Shown: in pieces, positions 57,950-64,000 of the stretch
Position numbering within the stretch: position 1 is the stretch's first letter
Layout of the letters: each line of letters opens with the position of its first letter
NCBI GenBank assembly: GCA_964016885.1
Contig: OZ024740.1
Coordinates: 2,418,001-2,482,000, forward strand
Direction: 5' to 3'
DNA length: 64,000 nucleotides
From: Eledone cirrhosa
Taxonomy: Eukaryota
Notes under the pieces: generated by a model
What the model saw: only the letters and a program-made list of their open reading frames with translations
Told to the model about the DNA's origin: nothing
Database searches by the model: none
Made by a program: the position numbers and the translations under genes

Positions 57950-60030
57950 CACACTGTAAAGTGGTCATGTAGGTGTCACAATAAAAAGTACCTGGTCCTC
58001 ACTGTAAAGTGGTCATGTAGGTGTCACAATAAAAAGTATCCAGCCCACACTATAAAGTGGTCATGTAGGTGTCACAATAAAAGTACCTGGTCCTCACGAT
58101 AAAGTGGTCATGTAGGTGTCACAATAAAAAGTACCTGGTCCTCACTATAAACTGGTCATGTAGGTGTCACAATAAAAAGTATCCAGCCCACACTATAAAG
58201 TGGTCATGTAGGTGTCACAATAAAAAGTACCCAGTCCACACTGTAAAGTGGTCATGTAGGTGTCACAATAAAAAGTATCCAGTCCACACTGTAAAGTGGT
58301 CATGTAGGTGTCACAATAAAAAGTACCCAGCCCACACTGTAAAGTGGTCATGTAGGTGTCACAATAAAAAGTACCTGGTCCTCACTATAAAGTGTTCATG
58401 TAGGTGTCACAACAAAAAGTACCTGGTCCTCACTATAAAGTGGTCATGTAGGTATCACAATAAAAAGTATCCAGTCCACACTGTAAAGTGGTCATGTAGG
58501 TGTCACAATAAAAAGTACCCAGCCCACACTGTAAAGTGGTCATGTAGGTGTCACAATAAAAAGTACCTGGTCCTCACTATAAGTGGTCATGTAGGTGTCA
58601 CAATAAAAAGTATCCAGCCCACACTATAAAGTGGTCATGTAGGTGTCACAATAAAAAGTACCCAGTCCACACTGTAAAGTGGTCGTGTAGGTGTCACAAT
58701 AAAAAGTATCCAGTCCACACCGTAAAGTGGCCATGTAGGTGTTACAATAAAAAGTACCTGGTCCACACTGTAACGTGGTCATGTAGGTGTCACAATAACA
58801 AGTATCCAGCCCACACTGTAAAGTGGTCATGTAGGTGTCACAATAAAAAGTACCTGGTCCTCACTATAAAGTGGTCATGTAGGTGTCACAATAAAAAGTA
58901 CCTGGTCCTCACTATAAAGTGGTCATGTAGGTGTCACAATAACAAGTATCCAGCCCACACTGTAAAGTGGTCATGTAGGTGTCACAATAAAAAGTATCCA
59001 GCCCACACTGTAAAGTGGTCATGTAGGTGTCACAATAAAAAGTACCTTGTCCTAACTGTAAAGTGGTCATGTAGGTGTCACAATAAAAAGTATCCAGCCC
59101 ACACTATAAAGTGGTCATGTAGGTGTCACAATAAAAGTACCTGGTCCTCACTATAAAGTGGTCATGTAGGTGTCACAATAAAAAGTACCTGGTCCTCACT
59201 ATAAACTGGTTATGTAGGTGTCACAATAAAAAGTATCCAGCCCACACTATAAAGTAGTCATGTAGGTGTCACAATAAAAAGTACCCAGTCCACACTGTAA
59301 AGTGGTCATGTAGGTGTCACAATAAAAAGTATCCAGTCCACACTGTAAAGTGGTCATGTAGGTGTCACAATAAAAAGTACCCAGCCCACACTGTAAAGTG
59401 GTCATGTAGGTGTCACAATAAAAAGTACCTGGTCCTCACTATAAAGTGTTCATGTAGGTGTCACAACAAAAAGTACCTGGTCCTCACTATAAAGTGGTCA
59501 TGTAGGTATCACAATAAAAAGTATCCAGTCCACACTGTAAAGTGGTCATGTAGGTGTCACAATAAAAAGTACCCAGCCCACACTGTAAAGTGGTCATGTA
59601 GGTGTCACAATAAAAAGTACCTGGTCCTCACTATAAGTGGTCATGTAGGTGTCACAATAAAAAGTATCCAGCCCACACAATAAAGTGGTCATGTAGGTGT
59701 CACAATAAAAAGTACCCAGTCCACACTGTAAAGTGGTCGTGTAGGTGTCACAATAAAAAGTATCCAGTCCACACCGTAAAGTGGCCATGTAGGTGTTACA
59801 ATAAAAAGTACCTGGTCCACACTGTAACGTGGTCATGTAGGTGTCACAATAACAAGTATCCAGCCCACACTGTAAAGTGGTCATGTAGGTGTCACAATAA
59901 AAAGTACCTGGTCCTCACTATAAAGTGGTCATGTAGGTGTCACAATAAAAAGTACCTGGTCCTCACTATAAAGTGGTCATGTAGGTGTCACAATAACAAG
60001 TATCCAGCCCACACTGTAAAGTGGTCATGT
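57950..60030. repeat. 1054-bp (22-monomer) tandem duplication
   Basis: TATAAG deletion at 58578/59632 and GGTCGTGT at 58681/59735. Ends are approximate. Confidence 0.75.
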
Positions 60031-60599
60031 AGGTGTCACAATAACAAGTACCCAGTCCACACTGTAAAGTGGTCATGTAGGTGTCACAATAACAAGTACC
60101 TAGTCCACACTGTAAAGTGGTTATGTAGGTGTCGCAATAAAAAGTACTCAGCCCACACTATAAAGTGTTCATGTAGGTGTCACAATAACAAGTACCCAGC
60201 CCACACTATAAAGTGGTCATGTAGGTGTCACAATAAAAAGTACCCAGCCCACACTGTAAAGTGGTCATGTAGGTGTCACAATCACAAGTACCCAGTCCAC
60301 ACTGTAAAGTGGTCATGTAGGTGTCACAATAAAAAGTACCCAGCCCACACTATAAAGTGGTCATGTAGGTGTCACAATAAAAAGTACCCAGCCCACACTA
60401 TAAAGTGGTCATGTAGGTGTCACAATAAAAAGTATCCAGTCCACACTATAAAGTGGTCATATAGGTGTCACAATAAAAAGTATCCAGTCCACACCGTAAA
60501 GTGGTCATGTAGGTGTCACAATAAAAAGTACCCAGCCCACACTGTAAAGTGGTCATGTAGGTGTCACAATAAAAAGTACCTGGTCCACACTGTAAAGTG

Positions 60600-63500
60600 G
60601 TCATGTAGGTGTCACAATAAAAAGTACCCGGTCCTCACTATAAAGTGGTCATGTAGGTGTCACAATAAAAAGTATCTAGTCCACACTGTAAAGTGGTCAT
60701 GTAGGTGTCACAATAAAAAATACCCAGTCCACACTGTAAAGTGGTCATGTAGGTGTCACAATAAAAAGTACCCAGCCCACACTGTAAAGTGGTCATGTAG
60801 GTGTCACAATAAAAAGTACCCAGTCCACACTGTAAAGTTGTCATGTAGGTGTCACAATAAAAAGTATCCAGTCCACACTGTAAAGTGGTCATGTAGGTGT
60901 CACAATAAAAATATCCAGTTCACACAGTAAAGTGGTCATGTAGGTGTCACAATAAAAAGTACCCAGTCCACACTGTAAAGTGGTCATGTAGGTGTCACAA
61001 TAAAAAGTATCCAGCCCACACTGTAAAGTGGTCATGTAGGTGTCACAATAAAAAGTATCCAGTCCACACTGTAAAGTGGTCATGTAGGTGTCACAATAAA
61101 AATATCCAGTTCACACTGTAAAGTGGTCATGTAGGTGTCACAATAAAAAGTACCCAGTCCACACTGTAAAGTGGTCATGTAGGTGTCACAATAAAAAGTA
61201 TCCAGTCCACACTGTAAAGTGGTCATGTAGGTGTCACAATAACAAGTACCCAGTCCACACTGTAAAGTGGTCATGTAGGTGTCACAATAAAAAATGCCCA
61301 GCCCACACTATAAAGTGGTCATGTAGGTGTCACAATAACAAGTACCCAGCCCACACTATAAAGTGGTCATGTAGGTGTCACAATCACAAGTACCCAGTCC
61401 ACACTGTAAAGTGGTCATGTAGGTGTCACAATAAAAAGTACCCAGCCCACACTATAAAGTGGTCATGTAGGTGTCACAATAAAAAGTATCCAGTCCACAC
61501 TGTAAAGTGGTCATGTAGGTGTCACAATAAAAAGTACCCAGCCCAAACTGTAAAGTGGTCATGTAGGTGTCACAATAAAAAGTACCTGGTCCTCACTATA
61601 AAGTGGTCATGTAGGTGTCACAATAAAAAGTACCCAATCCACACTATAAAGTGGTCATGTAGGTGTCACAATAAAAAGTATCCAGTCCACACTGTAAAGT
61701 GGTCATGTAGGTGACACAATAAAAAGTATCCAGTCCACACTGTAAAGTGGTCATGTAGGTGTCACAATAAAAATTATCCAGTCCACACTGTAAAGTGGTC
61801 ATGTAGGTGTCACAATAAAAAGTATCCAGTCCACACTGTAAAGTGGTCATGTAGGTGTCACAATAAAAAGTATCCAGTCCACATTGTAAAGTGGTCATGT
61901 AGGTGTCACAATAACAAGTACCCAGTCCACACTGTAAAGTGGTCATGTAGGTGTCACAATAAAAAATGCCCAGCCCACACTATAAAGTGGTCATGTAGGT
62001 GTCACAATAACAAGTACCCAGCCCACACTATAAAGTGGTCATGTAGGTGTCACAATCACAAGTACCCAGTCCACACTGTAAAGTGGTCATGTAGGTGTCA
62101 CAATAAAAAGTACCCAGCCCACACTATAAAGTGGTCATGTAGGTGTCACAATAAAAAGTATCCAGCCCTCACCGTAAAGTGGTCATGAAGGTGTCACAAT
62201 AAAAAGTATCCAGCCCACACTGTAAAGGGGTCATGTAGGTGTCACAATAAAAAGTATCCAGCCCACACTATAAAGTGGTCATGTAGGTGTCACAATAAAA
62301 AGTACCCAGCCCACACTATAAAGTGGTCATGTAGGTGTCACAATAAAAAGTACCCAGTCCACACTATAAAGTGGTCATGTAGGTGTCACAATAAAAAGTA
62401 TCCAGCCCACACTGTAAAGTGGTCATGTAGGTGTCACAATAAAAAGTATCCAGTCCACACTGTAAAGTGGTCATGTAGGTGTCACAATAAAAAGTATCCA
62501 GTCCACACTGTAAAGTGGTCATGTAGGTGTCACAATAACAAGTACCCAGTCCACACTGTAAAGTGGTCATGTAGGTGTCACAATAAAAAATGCCCAGCCC
62601 ACACTATAAAGTGGTCATGTAGGTGTCACAATAACAAGTACCCAGCCCACACTATAAAGTGGTCATGTAGGTGTCACAATCACATGTACCCAGCCCAAAC
62701 TGTAAAGTGGTCATGTAGGTGTCACAATAAAAAGTACCTGGTCCTCACTATAAAGTGGTCATGTAGGTGTCACAATAAAAAGTACCCAGTCCACACTATA
62801 AAGTGGTCATGTAGGTGTCACAATAAAAAGTATCCAGTCCACACTGTAAAGTGGTCATGTAGGTGACACAATAAAAAATATCCAGTCCACACTGTAAAGT
62901 GGTCATGTAGGTGTCACAATAAAAAGTATCCAGTCCACACTGTAAAGTGGTCATGTAGGTGTCACAATAAAAAGTATCCAGCCCACACTGTAAAGTGGTC
63001 ATGTAGGTGTCACAATAAAAAGTATCCAGTCCACACTGTAAAGTGGTCATGTAGGTGTCACAATAAAAAGTATCCAGTCCACACTGTAAAGTGGTCATGT
63101 AGGTGTCACAATAAAAAGTATCCAGTCCACACTGTAAAGTGGTCATGTAGGTGTCACAATAAAAAGTATCCAGCCCACACTGTAAAGTGGTCATGTAGGT
63201 GTCACAATAAAAAGTATCCAGTCCACACTGTAAAGTGGTCATGTAGGTGTCACAATAAAAAGTATCCAGTCCACACTGTAAAGTGGTCATGTAGGTGTCA
63301 CAATAAAAAGTACCTGGTCCTCACTATAAAGTTGTCATGTAGGGTCACAATAAAAAGTATCCAGTCCACACTGTAAAGTGGTCCTGTAGGTGTCACAATA
63401 AAAAGTATCCAGTCCACACTGTAAAGTGGTCATGTAGGTGTCACAATAAAAAGTACCTGGTCCTCACTATAAAGTTGTCATGTAGGTGTCACAATAAAAA

Positions 63501-64000
63501 GTACCCAGTCCACACTGTAAAGTGGTCATGTAGGTGTCACAATAAAAAGTATCCAGTCCACACTGTAAAGTGGTCATGTAGGTGTCACAATAAAAAGTAT
63601 CCAGTCCACACTGTAAAGTGGTCATGCAGGTGTCACAATAAAAAGTACCTGTTCCTCACTATAAAGTGGTCATATAGGTGTCACAATAACAAGTATCCAG
63701 CCCACACTGTAAAGTGGTTATGTAGGTGTCACAATAAAAAGTACCTGGTCCTCATTATAAAGTGGTCATGTAGGTGTCACAATAAAAAGTACCCAGCCCA
63801 CACTGTAAAGTGGTCGTGTAGGTGTCACAATAAAAAGTACCTGGTCCTCACTATAAAGTGGTCATGTAGGTGTCACAATAAAAAGTACCCAGTCCACACT
63901 GTAAAGTGGTCATGTAGGTGTCACAATAAAAAGTACCCAGTCCACACTGTAAAGTGGTCATGTAGGTGTCTCAATAAAATGTACCTGGTCCTCACTATAA
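60600..64000. repeat. Array sub-domain D: short-period and near-homogeneous monomers
   Basis: Sub-domain C markers are absent. AAAATGCCC recurs at spacings of 672 and 624 bp (TGCCC at 61295, 61967, 62591). A run of about 10 near-identical TATCCAGYCCACACTGT monomers lies at 62800-63300. Confidence 0.7.

Larger units (their letters stand above)
33500..60600. repeat. Array sub-domain C: higher-order repeat family with a 3550-bp (74-monomer) period and derivatives
   Basis: Markers GGTCTCACAATAAC, AGTTTCCAG, the TATAAGTGG deletion monomer, CACCGTAAAGTGGCCATGTAGGTGTTAC and GTTATGTAGGTGTCGC. ORF pairs 35411/38961, 36181/39731 and 41697/45247 are 3550 bp apart. Confidence 0.85.
1..64000. repeat. 48-bp tandem satellite array, about 1,330 head-to-tail monomers, running off both window ends
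   Basis: TAAAGTGGTCATGTAGGTGTCACAATA recurs every 48 bp (occasionally 47, rarely 49) from start to end in one orientation. All ORFs have 16-aa periodicity (MTTLQCGLGTFYCDTY on -, KWSCRCHNKKYPVHTV on +). Confidence 0.99.

Noticed and set aside
834-63290. All ORFs in the supplied track as protein-coding genes
   Set aside because: They are translations of a 48-bp (16-codon) unit on both strands. Their ends are set by variant stops and 1-bp deletions, with no unique N- or C-terminal sequence or recognisable domain.
1-64000. CRISPR array (constant repeat plus variable spacer)
   Set aside because: The variable block is about 20 bp of the same sequence with a few alternative bases, not unique spacers. 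No leader or cas genes are present.
1-64000. V(D)J/Transib recombination-signal-like pair CACACTG ... ACAATAAAA
   Set aside because: The spacer is 21 bp rather than 12 or 23, the nonamer matches only 6/9, and there are no gene segments or transposase.
1-64000. Fungal RIP as the cause of the TG/TA toggle
   Set aside because: RIP would hit the many other CpA/TpG sites in the monomer, and these are nearly invariant.
1-64000. Structured RNA or hairpin (CACT-GTAA-AGTG, GTGTCAC, CATG, GTAC palindromes)
   Set aside because: The stems are only 3-4 bp with no compensatory changes seen, which is expected by chance.
1-64000. Nucleosome phasing (3x48=144, 4x48=192)
   Set aside because: This is a numerical coincidence only. 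No consistent 3- or 4-monomer periodicity of variants is visible.
1-64000. Telomeric repeat, plasmid iterons or synthetic data-storage concatemer
   Set aside because: There is no G-rich short telomere unit and no rep gene or origin context. Nested duplications with accumulating point mutations indicate natural array evolution.

Overview
The whole 64 kb is one uninterrupted head-to-tail tandem array of a 48-bp monomer (consensus AAAGTGGTCATGTAGGTGTCACAATAAAAAGTACCCAGTCCACACTGT, 20/48 GC, about 1,330 copies). It looks like a eukaryotic satellite or long minisatellite. I see no unique sequence, inversion, mobile element, RNA gene or credible gene; every listed ORF is a 16-aa-periodic translation of the monomer. 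The information lies in the variants. A near-invariant block of about 26 bp alternates with a roughly 20-bp block carrying a few mostly two-state sites. Rare marker mutations reveal irregular higher-order repeats, nested kb-scale tandem duplications (offsets 3021, 3550, 3886, 3931, 4318, 5036, 7193 and 17026 bp, each n x 48 minus a few 1-bp deletions) and marker-defined sub-domains. The two main monomer classes (CCAG vs CTGG) look like opposite-strand decay products of one ancestral CpG. Organism and function cannot be determined from the sequence. Marker coordinates were read by eye and are approximate.
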